Source: Octopus vulgaris (Eukaryota). From it: DNA of 64,000 nt. Under the pieces are notes generated by a model. It was given only the letters and a program-made list of their open reading frames with translations. It searched no databases and was not told the origin of the DNA. The stretch lies in contig OX597818.1 in assembly GCA_951406725.2 (NCBI GenBank), positions 111,972,001 to 112,036,000 of the forward strand, in the 5' to 3' direction. A program made the translations under genes and the position numbers. Shown piece by piece: positions 39,203-51,674 of the stretch (its first letter is position 1; every line of letters starts with the position of its first letter).

Positions 39203-39590
39203 AGGAGTGGCTGTGTGGTAATTAGTTTGCTTATCAACCACATGTTTCCGGTTTCATTCCCACAGCGTTGCTCCTTGGGTAAGTGTCTTCTACTATGGCC
39301 TCGGGCCGATCAAAGCCTGGTGAGTGGATTTGGTAGACGGAAACTGAAAGAAGCCCGTCGTATACGTAAGTATATATATATATATATATGTGTGAGGTAT
39401 TTTTGTGTTTGTCCCCCACAATCGCTTGACAACCGATGCTGGTGTGTTTACGTCCACGTAAATTAGCAGTTCGACAAAAGAGACCGACAGGATAAGTACT
39501 AGGCTCAGAAAGAATAAGTCTTGGAGTCGATTTGTTCGACTAAGGGCGGTGCTCCAGCATGGCCGCAATGCAGTGACTGAAACAAGTAAA
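39203..39590 (+). mobile_element. tRNA-derived SINE (major family)
   Basis: Family match. Confidence 0.85.
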
Positions 39591-40335
39591 GGAGCACCGT
39601 TTACGAAATAATGAAAGGTGAAGTGCATCTCGGTGGCATTTGAACTCAGAACGTAAGAACGGAGGAAGCGCAGCTGAACATTTTGTAGTGCATTCTATCC
39701 ATTCTGCCAATCCACTGCTGTTGCTAATAGCTAATTGATTAATGATAAAGAAGTCAAATTAAGCCATTGCGTGTGTTTATTATTGGACTAATTACTCTCC
39801 CTAGAGTTACAGCGAAATGTATCTGAACGAAACACTTCGAAAATATGAGTTATTATTAATGGCGTTACAGATCTACCATTACCAGCTAAGGAGATCTTTC
39901 ATACTATATACATAACTGATATTCCTTAAATATCATATATCAATGCTTTTATTGGTTGCAGTCACGGAACGAGTTATATATGATAATTTACTTAAATGCA
40001 ATTAGTTAAAATATATCTACATTAATTTCCTTTTAAATAAAAGATTGAAATGAACATATTGCGAAAGGTAGATTGGGGGGAAAAAACCCAAGAAATAATA
40101 TAAAATAGAATAAAAATTTAATTGTAAATCACTTTCATGTAATGGGAAAAATATCAATCAATTTATCTTTGGCTAAATGAACAGATGGATTAAAAAGAGT
40201 ATTTAACTATTTAGATGATCTTATGTATTTCCACTCTGAGATGCGTTATCAGTCATATATATCATAATAATGAGTAAAATAGGATGTCGGTTTGTAAGAT
40301 GTGTGTGTCTCTACATGAGGTTGTAGATGTCAGTG

Positions 40336-40764
40336 TTTGCATGAGTTCGTGCGTGTGCGGGCGCGTGTGTATGTGTGTGTTTCGAAACTAAGGACTGAAA
40401 GGTGTCTGAAGGAAATAGAAAGAGGAGATTGAGGAGTAGCGGGAGTGAACGAAAAGCATTTATTAAAAGAGAAGGCTGTATAAATGGAAGATATTCACGG
40501 TAGAGAGATGTAGATAGATAAACAGATAGAGAGTTAGATAGAGAGATAGAAAGATAGGTATATATATATATATATATATAAAATATTATTAGAGACAAAA
40601 CCACTATATCTTCCATTTATACAGCCTTCTCTTTTAATAAATGCTTTTCGTTCACTCCCGCTACTCCTCAATCTCCTCTTTCTATTTCCTTCAGACACCT
40701 TTCAGTCCTTAGTTTCGAAACACACACATACACACGCGCCCGCACACGCACGAACTCATGCAAA
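40336..40764. repeat. 159-bp inverted duplication
   Basis: 40336-40494 is the reverse complement of 40606-40764, with no mismatch seen. Confidence 0.92.
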
Positions 40765-40879
40765 ATATATAGAGACAGAGAGAGAGAGTAACCGAAATGG
40801 AGTACAAAAGGAAATAGAAGGAATTGTTACTGATGCTAAGAGAAATACGAGCACAAAATGGATGCAAAATTATTTAGTC

Positions 40880-40919
<40 letters not shown>

Positions 40920-40930
40920 CATACATATTT

Positions 40931-40962
<32 letters not shown>

Positions 40963-40966
40963 GTAA

Positions 40967-41001
<35 letters not shown>

Positions 41002-41005
<4 letters not shown>

Positions 41006-41926
41006 TCAGTAACAATGAAGGGTGAAATTAATTAATTTGGAATAATTATCAATTACACCAAGTAGTCTTCGGCATGTAAAAGCCTCATTCGAGGAAAATT
41101 TAAGTAATACTAAGCAATTAAGGGTTTAGCAACGAATTGCCTTACCGCACACCGAATTTAGAAATAGCAGTCAAAGAGATTATAGCTATTTCTTCTACTA
41201 AAAGGAGATCTCAGTAAAAACACAGCATTTGAAAGGCAAACACAAACAGGTAAGAGAGAATGAATTGACGGCAATCTATCATACAGTTTTAAGTCATCTA
41301 CGGACGTACGTTTCGAAATCAAGTCTTAGGAAAGCATAAGAATTAGATAATTCTACCTTACCCAGACTTCTTCTCTCATCAGCGCAGGATACAAACAATC
41401 ATGAATGATTGTATATTGAATTTTGAGATACTAGAAGGCACCAACTCAACTCAGTATCAGAGCGAGCTAGAAGCCACAACTAGTATCACCAAATTCAAAG
41501 TGTGAATGAAAGTTTGTGTCACCAGTCCCTTCCCACCCGCGTGTAGCCAAGACAAAGTGCTGTAGTCATTTACTGGGATGAAGAAATAGCTATAATCTCT
41601 TTGACTGCTATTTCTAAATTCGGTGTGCGGTAAGGCAATTCGTTGCTAAACCCTTAATTGCTTAGTATTACTTAAATTTTCCTCGAATGAGGCTTTTACA
41701 TGCCGAAGACTACTTGGTGTAATTGATAATTATTCCAAATTAATTAATTTCACCCTTCATTGTTACTGATAACCATATTCATCCCAGTAAATGACCACAG
41801 CACTTTGTCTTGGCTACACGCGGTGAGATCTCCTTTTAGTAGAAGAAATAGATATAATCTCTTTGACTGCTATTTCTAAATTCGGTGTGCGGTAAGGCAA
41901 TTCGTTGCTAGACCCTTAATTGCTTA

Positions 41927-41930
<4 letters not shown>
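41002..41930 (-). mobile_element. Non-coding PLE-like insertion in (TA)n with nested inverted duplications
   Basis: 41002-41195 inverted at 41580-41773; further inverted pieces at 41779-41823 and 41824-41930; contains an HHR. Confidence 0.85.
41296..41390 (-). ncRNA. Type-I hammerhead ribozyme with canonical core and long stem II
   Basis: AUCCUGCG-CUGAUGA-[GAGA..AAGUCU..~45 nt..AGACUU..UUUC]-GAAAC-GUAC-GUC-CGUAGAU. Confidence 0.85.
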
Positions 41931-41981
<51 letters not shown>

Positions 41982-42065
41982 GAAGGTTGAAAAGGAACAC
42001 ACGAGTTGATATGTATGGAAAAAAGTCAAGGTAGAAAGTGCTAAAATAATTTTATAAAAACATTT

Positions 42066-42101
42066 CAGCAACGGTTTCGCTCATTGAGACTTTTTCAACT
42101 G
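42066..42101 (-). ncRNA. Decayed minimal hammerhead with U3-A8 core
   Basis: CAG-UUGAAAA-A-GUCUC(AAU)GAGC-GAAA-CCGU-UG-CUG, ~90 nt from (TA)n. Confidence 0.45.
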
Positions 42102-42973
42102 TAAGTATGGAAAACGATTAAATTTTGGAAAAATTAAAAGAAAGTTTTTTAAAAGAATATTTGCATAGTATTCAAATACAAGGGACATTTTCTTTGTGTC
42201 TGCCTGTCTCTGTTTCTCTTGTTTACTCTTGTGGGTTCGAGGACGTTGTGAATTCTTGGTAGACAAGAAGAAGAAGAAGAAGAAGAAGAAGAAGGAGGAG
42301 GAGGAGGAGGAGGAGGAGGAGGATATATCGTTTGATGAACAAGAGGAATCCATAATAATCATATACGTGTCGTGTTTGTATGGAACATCACATTTGTGAA
42401 TTTGTTACAAGATGGAAAATATTAGTCAAATGAAAGGTAATAATGTTGGTTTACTGTTGACACTGAGTTGTGATTTTATAGATCTAGTAGACAAATATTG
42501 GTTGGTAGTAAATAAACTTGTAAGTCATTGTCTGTGTCTCTCTTTGCTTACACAGTCTGTCACCTCTCTCATTTGTATAGAAATCTCTACGCAAACGTAT
42601 CTACACATTCACCTAACTGTCACGCTGTCGATCAAGCGAACAGACTTCTCTTCAAATTAACGTGCAGCTAAGCTCTCCAATAAAACGCGTACACTTACGG
42701 TAGTTCTCAGGGAGATTCTTCGTGATAGACCGAATGTGACCAGGCTTTCACTTTGAACTACAGATACAGCTTTTTCATTATAGAAATATCATTTACCGTT
42801 GTACTTCGTCTGGAACCATACACTTCCTAGGTCCACCATTAATGCTTCTGTGTTATCATAGCCTTAACTATCCAAATTTGTGTAGCTACATCGCTTACGG
42901 TTTAGAATATATGTATTCGCATATACATAACACGTACATACATACATACATACATACATACATACATACATAC

Positions 42974-43135
42974 AGGAATGGCTGTGTGGTAAGGAGCTTG
43001 CTTCTCAACCACATGGTTCCGAGTTCAGTCCTACTGCGTGGCACATAGGGTAAGTGTCTTCTACTATAACCTCGGGCCTACCAGAGCCTTGTGCGTGGAT
43101 TTGGTAGATGAAACTAAAATAAGCCCGTCATATAC
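42974..43135 (+). mobile_element. SINE (major family), 5' half
   Basis: Family match. Confidence 0.8.
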
Positions 43136-43218
43136 ACACACATCACATATATATATATATTCCTGTCGCCAACATACTAATCATTTTTGTTTCATTTTGT
43201 TTCATTTGCTAAGATACA

Positions 43219-43296
<78 letters not shown>

Positions 43297-43334
43297 CACA
43301 CACGCATAAATGATTTTATGTCCGTGTATATAAT

Positions 43335-43720
43335 GCTATTATTCCATTAGCATTGTTAGTATCGCCTTTAAGATGTACCCAACACTTGGACCCCTCTTGG
43401 TATCAGTCCACAACATAAATCACACTCGCATCTCATAACAACAATACCGCACAATTATTTCACCTCACTTGGCCCCGCTCTCTTTAGCATTACCCAAAAA
43501 CACATTAAAGCAGAAACAGACCTCATACATTTCAAGAAGTGTTAGGATAAATTCTTTCAAGAAATCCTGGATAAACCTTCTACATCTACATGTGTCTCCG
43601 TAAACAATAACTCTCTCCTCGACTGGGCTATGTTGTCCGATTCCGGATATCAATGATTTCGCCAGGAGGAGCTATTAAGTTTGACATGGCCTGGGCTAAT
43701 ACTGGCCGAAAACTATCGAA
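43335..43720 (+). mobile_element. CR1-like LINE 3' end
   Basis: HNYFTSLGPALFSI..HIKAETDLIHFKKC*DKFFQEILDKP. Confidence 0.65.
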
Positions 43721-43775
43721 GTATCAAAGTATATATGTATACATGTATATTTCTACATGTGTACTATATATGTTG

Positions 43776-43861
<86 letters not shown>

Positions 43862-43933
43862 GATAGATAGAATTTTTATTAAATTCCTAAAATTGAAATG
43901 TCTTAGATTTACTTCTGTGCTGTTTTCCAATCC

Positions 43934-44002
<69 letters not shown>

Positions 44003-44037
44003 CATATATATATACATACACATACATACACACACAT

Positions 44038-44084
<47 letters not shown>

Positions 44085-44217
44085 CATATATATATAAATG
44101 TATATGTATATATGTGTATGTATGTATATATGTACGTACTTGTGCATACATACATTCACATACACACAAATACATACATACACACATATACATACAAACA
44201 TACAGATACACACGAAA

Positions 44218-44260
<43 letters not shown>

Positions 44261-45101
44261 ATGCATACATATATATACATATATATATATATATATGGTT
44301 ACAGGTGCAATATGAATAAATGAGAAAGAAATTTTCTCGAGCGACATCATACGCAGCATATCACTGAGACAGATGTCGATTCTGAGAAGATTTTCTAATC
44401 AACACATCAAACGACGCAAGGCTAAAAACAGTGAAAAAATCGATAGGATGTATGAAGTGTCTGAATGTGTCTTGTTTCAAGCAGTTATTTCGCCAAAAGA
44501 AACATCACAGTCATTCACAAAAATATCTTAAAAGTACATCAATATTCATAGTGTCATGGCTTTTGTTTAGAATATTTGAGACATTTAACATTTATCCGTT
44601 ATTTAGCTGTGGGTCATCATAGCTGGAACAGAGTTATCATCAAAGACTTATATGCTTCTACCGTTTCCACGTATTTTGCTATTCTTTTATGTATAGTGTG
44701 TGGAACCATATTCTTCAATGCTTCCTGTGTTTCTTTCCTTATTTTCTTTAATAGCAGGGTGCATTTTGATGTGATTTGGCAAGACTTTTCTGGTCGAACA
44801 CCTCCATAATTGGTTTCTCGTTGGATTGTTTATTTTTTTGCTGATTATCGGCATATATTCACAAGTTTTATATAAATTGTACGTAAAAGTGTTTGAAAAA
44901 CACTAATGAAACTTAATATACCGCATCATGTTTATTTATGATATATTTATAACGCCATTGGTGATATGTGGCCAACGGGGCAGCCATTATTTCACAATTG
45001 TGTGTTAGTAGGTGTAATCAGAGTGTGTTTGTTTTTCCACCTCTTTCGATTTTCTCAATGATGTTTCCAGCCTCCGGGATATGCAGCGGTAAAAATGAGA
45101 T

Positions 45102-45141
<40 letters not shown>

Positions 45142-45229
45142 ACACTTGAATACAAGTATACTTACGCATACACGCAACCAAGCCCCTCCATGCTTACATA
45201 CAGATACATAATTACATATAATTTAATAA

Positions 45230-45570
45230 AATAGAATCAACAGAAAGGAATACGTTTAGACAGCTATTTAATAAACACTACACCTGTTTCAATACGACAT
45301 AGACCCATATATACACAAGATTTAAATTAATCAACGATTTCACCTGTATAATGGGACCCAGTTTTGTCACCTCAGCATCGAAGTCAAAGGTTACACTAAC
45401 GAGGACAACAATTATATATCACCTTAGGAGACACAACTGGATCCCATTATACAGGTAAACCGTTGCTTAATTTAAATCTTGTGTATATGTGGGTCTATGT
45501 TGTATCGAAACAGGTGTAGTGTTTATTAAATAGATGTCTAACCATACACCTTCTTGTTGACCCTATTGTA
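45230..45570. repeat. Imperfect foldback with ~140-bp arms and ~55-bp spacer
   Basis: 45230-45372 is the reverse complement of 45427-45568. Confidence 0.85.
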
Positions 45571-45763
45571 TTCAATTTTATTTTCACATACAAAGAATGT
45601 CTAAACCTAGACTTTGAAGTATACCGTAATACTACGAGCTATTTGGTAATTCTCAGGGTCAATGATCTCTATTTTGTACTCTAAAACGTTCCTAATGGAA
45701 TACACCTTGAATATAATTACATAAAGGTATCTATATGTGTATGTATATGTATGTATATTGCTT

Positions 45764-46150
45764 TATTACCTCCGCCTCGGGGAAGGCCAAGGTATCGTTT
45801 TTCAGTCGTGTTTGTTTGTTTGTTTGTTTGTTTGTTTGTTTGTCTGAAGACAAGATAGCTCAAGAACCGCTGGATGGATTCGGATGAAGCCTTCAGGGAT
45901 ATTCAACCTCTTGACTCGCATGACTGATTAGATTTTGGGATCGACCCGGTACCGGACAAGGATTCTGGATTATTTATCCTGTTTTTTTTTTTACTTAATT
46001 TTTGAGAGTGGTCGGGTTCATTCAAATTATTCTCGTTTGTGTGAACAGTCGTGTTTATTTCAGATATTCTCGTTTTAAAAATCATCTCCGGCTAATTGTT
46101 GAGTGGACGTTGGTGTTACCTTGACGGAGGGTTTTGCTCTGTGTGTGCTT
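45764..46150 (+). mobile_element. Helentron-associated non-autonomous element (HINE/DINE-1-like)
   Basis: 5' ttattacctccgcc, (GTTT)n microsatellite, 3' subterminal IR gacggagg and degenerate terminal hairpin. Confidence 0.65.
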
Positions 46151-46154
46151 TGTC

Positions 46155-46515
46155 TCTTACTTGTTTCAGACATTGTGTTGTGGCCATGCTGGAGCGCCGT
46201 CTTGAAAGATTTCCGACGATTTAATCGACCACAGTACTTATTTTAAAACTTAGTACTTATCGAATTTCTTGCCGAAACGCTAAGTTACGGAGAGGCAAAC
46301 AAACCAACACTGTTTGTTGATCAAACACAGACACACAATCATATATATATATATATACGTATGCAGTGGGCTTCTTTCAGTTTCCATCTACCATATCCAC
46401 TCACAAAGCTTGGTCGGCCCGAGACTATAGAAGAAGACGCTTGGCCAAGGTGCCACTTAGTGGCACTGAACCCAGAACCATGTGATTGCTAAGCAAGCAA
46501 CTTACTACTCAGCCA
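46155..46515 (-). mobile_element. tRNA-derived SINE (major family)
   Basis: Family match. Confidence 0.8.
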
Positions 46516-46722
46516 TATATATACACACACACACACGTATGGAGAAAATCACATTTTTAAATGTAGAATTCCCTTTACAAAACCAACAATTGTTTCTATT
46601 ATGGCCTGTATGGATATATGTATGTATGCATGTATACATGTATGTATGTATGTATGTATGTATGTATGTATGTATGTATGTATGTATGTATGTATGTATG
46701 TATGTATGTATGTATGTATCTG

Positions 46723-46844
<122 letters not shown>

Positions 46845-47289
46845 AATGTAAACGCTTTTGGTAGTATGTAGAATATTACATTGGTAATAATAAGGTTAGT
46901 CAGAAGGAACAAATGAATTGTTCCTTGGATTATTTATATACAGGAGGTCTTGAAGATTTCCAAGGAAATGAAACGAAATGGAATAAAATAAAATAAAATC
47001 AACTCGAATAATTACGTTATCATATTTAAGAATTTTTACTCTGATATTTGAGAATCCGCTAGATAAAAAAAAAAACATCAGAAAATTCTCAAGTGCTAGA
47101 CAATAAATTCTTAAAGGTATTAAAAGCAAATTTTCTACTAAATTTTATTTTATCCCATTTTAGTTCGCTTCTATTCCATTTCATTTCATTTCCTCAGAAA
47201 ATTTAAATACTTTCTCTATCTGTCTGCAAATTAAATAAGGAACAGTTCCTTTATTTCATCAGACTAACCTTAATATTTTTACTAAGACA

Positions 47290-47700
47290 AGGCGGAGAGT
47301 TGGCAGAGTGGTTAGCACGCCGGGCGAAATGCTTAGCAGTATTTCGTCTGCCGCTACGTTCTGAGTTCCTATTTCGCCGAGGTCGACTTTGCCTTTCATT
47401 CTTTCGGGGTCGATTAAATAAGTACCAGTTACACACTGGAGTCAATATTATCGACTTAATCCGTTTGTCTGTCCTTGTTTGTCCTCTCTGTGTTTAGCTC
47501 CTTGTGGGCAGTAAAGAAATAGGTATTTCGTCTGTCTTTACGTTCTGAGTTCAAATTCCTCCGAGGTCGATTTTACCTTTCATTCTTTCGGGGTCCATAA
47601 ATTAAGTACGTGTTGCGTATTGACGTTGATCTGGCCCCCTCCTTCAAAAATTCTTGTTTGTCCCCTCTGTTTAGTCCCCCGTTGGCAATAAAGAATACAT
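47290..47700 (+). mobile_element. SINE (third family), dimeric
   Basis: Family match with a repeated core. Confidence 0.85.
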
Positions 47701-47732
47701 ATATATATATACTTCTTTACACTCACGAAGAG

Positions 47733-47777
<45 letters not shown>

Positions 47778-47801
47778 TAGATACGTATATAGAAAGAGAG
47801 G

Positions 47802-47847
<46 letters not shown>

Positions 47848-49079
47848 TATACACTTAAAATGTCGTCGACATTTCAGAGATGCAATTCATGTTTTCAAAG
47901 AGTTTGTCCACGTTTTCAATTATCATCAAAGATAGAAAATGGAAAGTAAATTTTTGTTGTAGTCTTTTTGTTCTTTTTATAAATGTGTTTTTTAAATTCA
48001 AAATTGCTTATATCTGTAAAACTATCAGAATCTATCCTCTGGAAATAATCGGAAGGATAGCGTCTTAGAAGACTTACTCTATGAAGTTCAACAACAGCAA
48101 AAAAGTAAAAAGCCACTTTCTCAGCTATACACATGCAAATCGTTATCTTTATTAAAAGTTCTGCTATACTGTAAATGTCTAGCAATAGCGTGTAGTGTGT
48201 GGACTGCGAGCTAATGTACTAAATGCAACCGCAAATCTCCGTTGAGAGATTCTTTAGGCAATCAGCCCAAATATCTGGGCTATTTCTATTATTATGCAAT
48301 ATCGTTTCTTCAGTTAACCTTTACATTGATATTTATCTCGTTTCTTTTCAAATAAAGAAGCGGTGATGTTTAAAATTAGTCGAACGCAAGCTTGAAACCT
48401 GTCAAGCTGTCATGTTTCGTTCATTGGCTTTTTATTATATTTTTGGCAACAAACTGACCAACATCTGTAACAGAGAATAAGACATTTCTTTATACATCAG
48501 TACATCAGTTCAATAACAATATTCTTGGGGGCAATGCGACCTCCAAAACGATTTTATTCCGTTGTAAATATGTTACAAGTTCATTTTCTTTACTTGTTTC
48601 GAATCAGGTTCGACTCATCCTTGACTTTCTCAACAAAGTTTCACGTTAATACAAACACACGGACAAAGGTATGTATGTATGTATGTATGTATGTATGTAT
48701 GTATGTATGTATGTATGTATGTATGTATGTATGTGTGTGTGTGTGCGTGTGTGTGTGTGTATGTATTTAAAACACCATCTACATTCATGTTTGCTATACA
48801 GTAATCTCTCGACTATCCTGAGTGTTACGTTCCAGCCCACCCCACCGCGGTTGGTGAAAATCCGCGAAGTAGAAGCAATACTGTATTTTTTTTATTATTT
48901 TTATAATTTGTTTATATTTTATTATAAATGCAAAACTATACCACAGAGGAATCGACATATGCTAAATCATAAACCGCGATAGGTGAAACGCGATGTGGCG
49001 TGAGGTTATTGTACTTACATATATGTAGGTGCGTGCGTGTGTGTGCTTGTGAGCATGTATAATTCCATATATATATATA

Positions 49080-49356
49080 TATGAAAAAAGGTTTGAAAAT
49101 GCAATAACTTTTAAAGATGTTTATTGACTTGACCGGTTTGTAAAGCTTTATATAAGCTTTGTTGTGTTAAGTACTGGTTATCACAAAACTATTAATATAC
49201 AGTTATACATTCTTTGATAATGATAAGGAAATGTTAAAAACCGTTTATAAGGAAGTATTCAAGAAAATATTCAGAACGGAGCTACAATAAATATTATGAG
49301 GCAGTTGTTTCTCTCAAATTTTTTGCAAATTCTTAAATATATCTCCTCTTCCCCCG

Positions 49357-49396
<40 letters not shown>

Positions 49397-49675
49397 CTAC
49401 CAAACAAACATGATTTTTATTGAATTCCTAATATTTTTTGTTGAATACTTTCTGAAATACTTTCTTGTAAACTGGTTTTAACATTTCCTTATTATTATTA
49501 GAGAATGTATAGCTGTATTTTAATACTTTTGTGACTGCCAGTACTTAACACAACAAAACTTATACGAAGCTTTACATTTTACTTTTGATAATCTTTTTTC
49601 TAAAAAACGTGAAACCAGTCAAGACAATAAACATCTCCAAAAGTCCATTGCATTTTCAAACCTTCTTTCATATAT
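49080..49675. mobile_element. Diverged inverted-repeat element with U3-A8 HHR-like motif
   Basis: 49080-49273 inverted at 49442-49675; CUU-UUGAUAA-stem-GAAA-CCAG-UC-AAG at 49582-49623. Confidence 0.7.
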
Positions 49676-49784
49676 ATTTTCACTCGTGCGGTTCTTTACA
49701 ACTTTACTTTGTTATGTGACCTCGTGTGTATCGTTGGCGGTTTTCTTTCTCCGTCCTCCCTTCCTTGGACTTTTCCTCTTTTCT

Positions 49785-49822
49785 ATATTTCTGACGAAGA
49801 GCGCCGCTCGAAACGTTAAAAC
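49785..49822 (+). ncRNA. Minimal type-I hammerhead with canonical core, in a PLE-terminal-repeat-like sequence (49690-49920)
   Basis: UUU-CUGACGA-A-GAGC(GCC)GCUC-GAAA-CG-UU-AAA; followed by a ~100-nt tail and (TA)n. Confidence 0.7.
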
Positions 49823-49919
49823 CTCCTTTTTTCTTTCCTTTCATGAGCGTCTAATAACACTACTTGTTCCACGTTCTCGCGTTGTTGTGTCTTCTCTTTG
49901 TTCATGTTTGGATTATCTT

Positions 49920-50000
<81 letters not shown>

Positions 50001-50172
50001 CTGTCTGTGTGTGTGTATGTGTGTGTATGTGTGTGTATGTGTGTGTGTATGTGTGTGTGTGTGTATTTGTGTTTGTGTTTGTATGTGTGTGTGCAGAGAG
50101 AGAGAGAGAGGGAGAGGGAAAGAAAGAGAGAAAGTGAGAGAAATATGTTCTTATTTGTTTCGTGTAAAAATG

Positions 50173-50222
<50 letters not shown>

Positions 50223-51037
50223 GTATGTATATATATATCTATATATTTTACATTTTTTTCAAAAGAGAGGCAACATTATAATCGACATATTTTTGCAGCA
50301 AAAAAAAACATAGACGTTGAAAGTATAGAAGATCAAATTATCGAGAAAAACCCCCACCCACAACTACATCAAGCGGTAAACAATGAAAACAAAAAGTGGG
50401 TGGAATTAATCACCAGAAGACGGAAGGGGGGAGGTATCGGCGTGTATAACCCTAAGCAGGTGTGCGTGTTCAACCATGCCATGCGGCGGAGAATAAAGAA
50501 CGACACTTGTTACAGCATCCACGCCTCCTGGCGGGGCTCATTTCTCAGTGGGGCAATTGCAATCCCTATTTTACAGAGGAAACTAGCAATGCGGGTTCCG
50601 AGAACAACTGAAGTCTCGAAGTTAGAAGCGAGACGCGAGAGAATCTGGTATTGATTAGAAATATCGATATTGTTTTAACGTTTTTTTTTCTCTCAGTGAA
50701 GTTACTTCAAACGAATATATATCGAAAATATTAATTAGTTGCTCAGTTAATTAGTTTAGTCGTTGATCATTTAGCTTTTTGGTTTGTTTTTCTTGCAAAT
50801 GGTTACCTATATGAGTGAAATATAAACAAAAACGAACACACGGTGTGATGTATGATCGATGAAGAATATCAACCGTAGTTATTCCTTTATTATAGTGAGT
50901 AAAAACTGTCAAAGAATTCATGAATGAAGCTGAAGTGAGGAAATTTGGTAATGCAGACCGGGGCCTGTTCTCTTCAAGCCGGAGAATAAGATAGCAATAG
51001 TAGATCAAATACATCAAATGGTATGGCTGAGCCCAGT

Positions 51038-51208
51038 CGACCCTGGGTTCATTACCATATTGTTACAACCCTGGGTTCATTGCCATATTGTTACGACCGT
51101 GGGTTCATTACCATATTGTTACGACCGTGGGTTCATTACCATATTGTTATAATCCTGAGTTCATTACCTTATTGTTACGACCGTGGGTTCATTACCATAT
51201 TGCTACGA
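51038..51208. repeat. 28-bp minisatellite, 6 copies
   Basis: CGACCGTGGGTTCATTACCATATTGTTA in tandem with no spacers. Confidence 0.92.
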
Positions 51209-51674
51209 GGGAAACTTGAGATAAAGTAGATTAAACAAAACTCGAATTCGGCTGATTAACAATGAGTCCCAGCATTGTAAACGTCTGACACGGTTTTTAG
51301 GAAGCAGTTTTTCGTAAGATTATTTTATAATACAGAAGACAAGAACACGGCTTCACACTGCAATGAATTCTATTAGGTTGAAGTTAAATCTCTGTAGAAT
51401 CTAACAAGAAGCGTATCACAGTCAGTATAACAGCCAACTCTAGAGCAGACCTATAAATATCAGACATTTAGGCAACAAATATAACTCATTGAATGTGTTA
51501 GTGAGATTCGTTGATATATATTAACTTCCATATAGAGATATCTTATAACCAACGAAGGTCCTGATATATGATCGATCGAACTGCAGAACACAGAAGACTA
51601 ACGTTATCCAATTCATATCTAAAGTTGTATTATGCAGTCCTATATATACGGTATGTTCATAACAAAGAGGAAAT

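Noticed and set aside
49686-50654. 322-aa ORF
   Set aside because: Runs through a PLE-type terminal repeat and (TA)/(TG)/(GA) microsatellites; no protein-like content.
51038-51208. CRISPR-like 28-bp repeats
   Set aside because: Units are head-to-tail with no unique spacers, there are no cas genes, and the context is eukaryotic.
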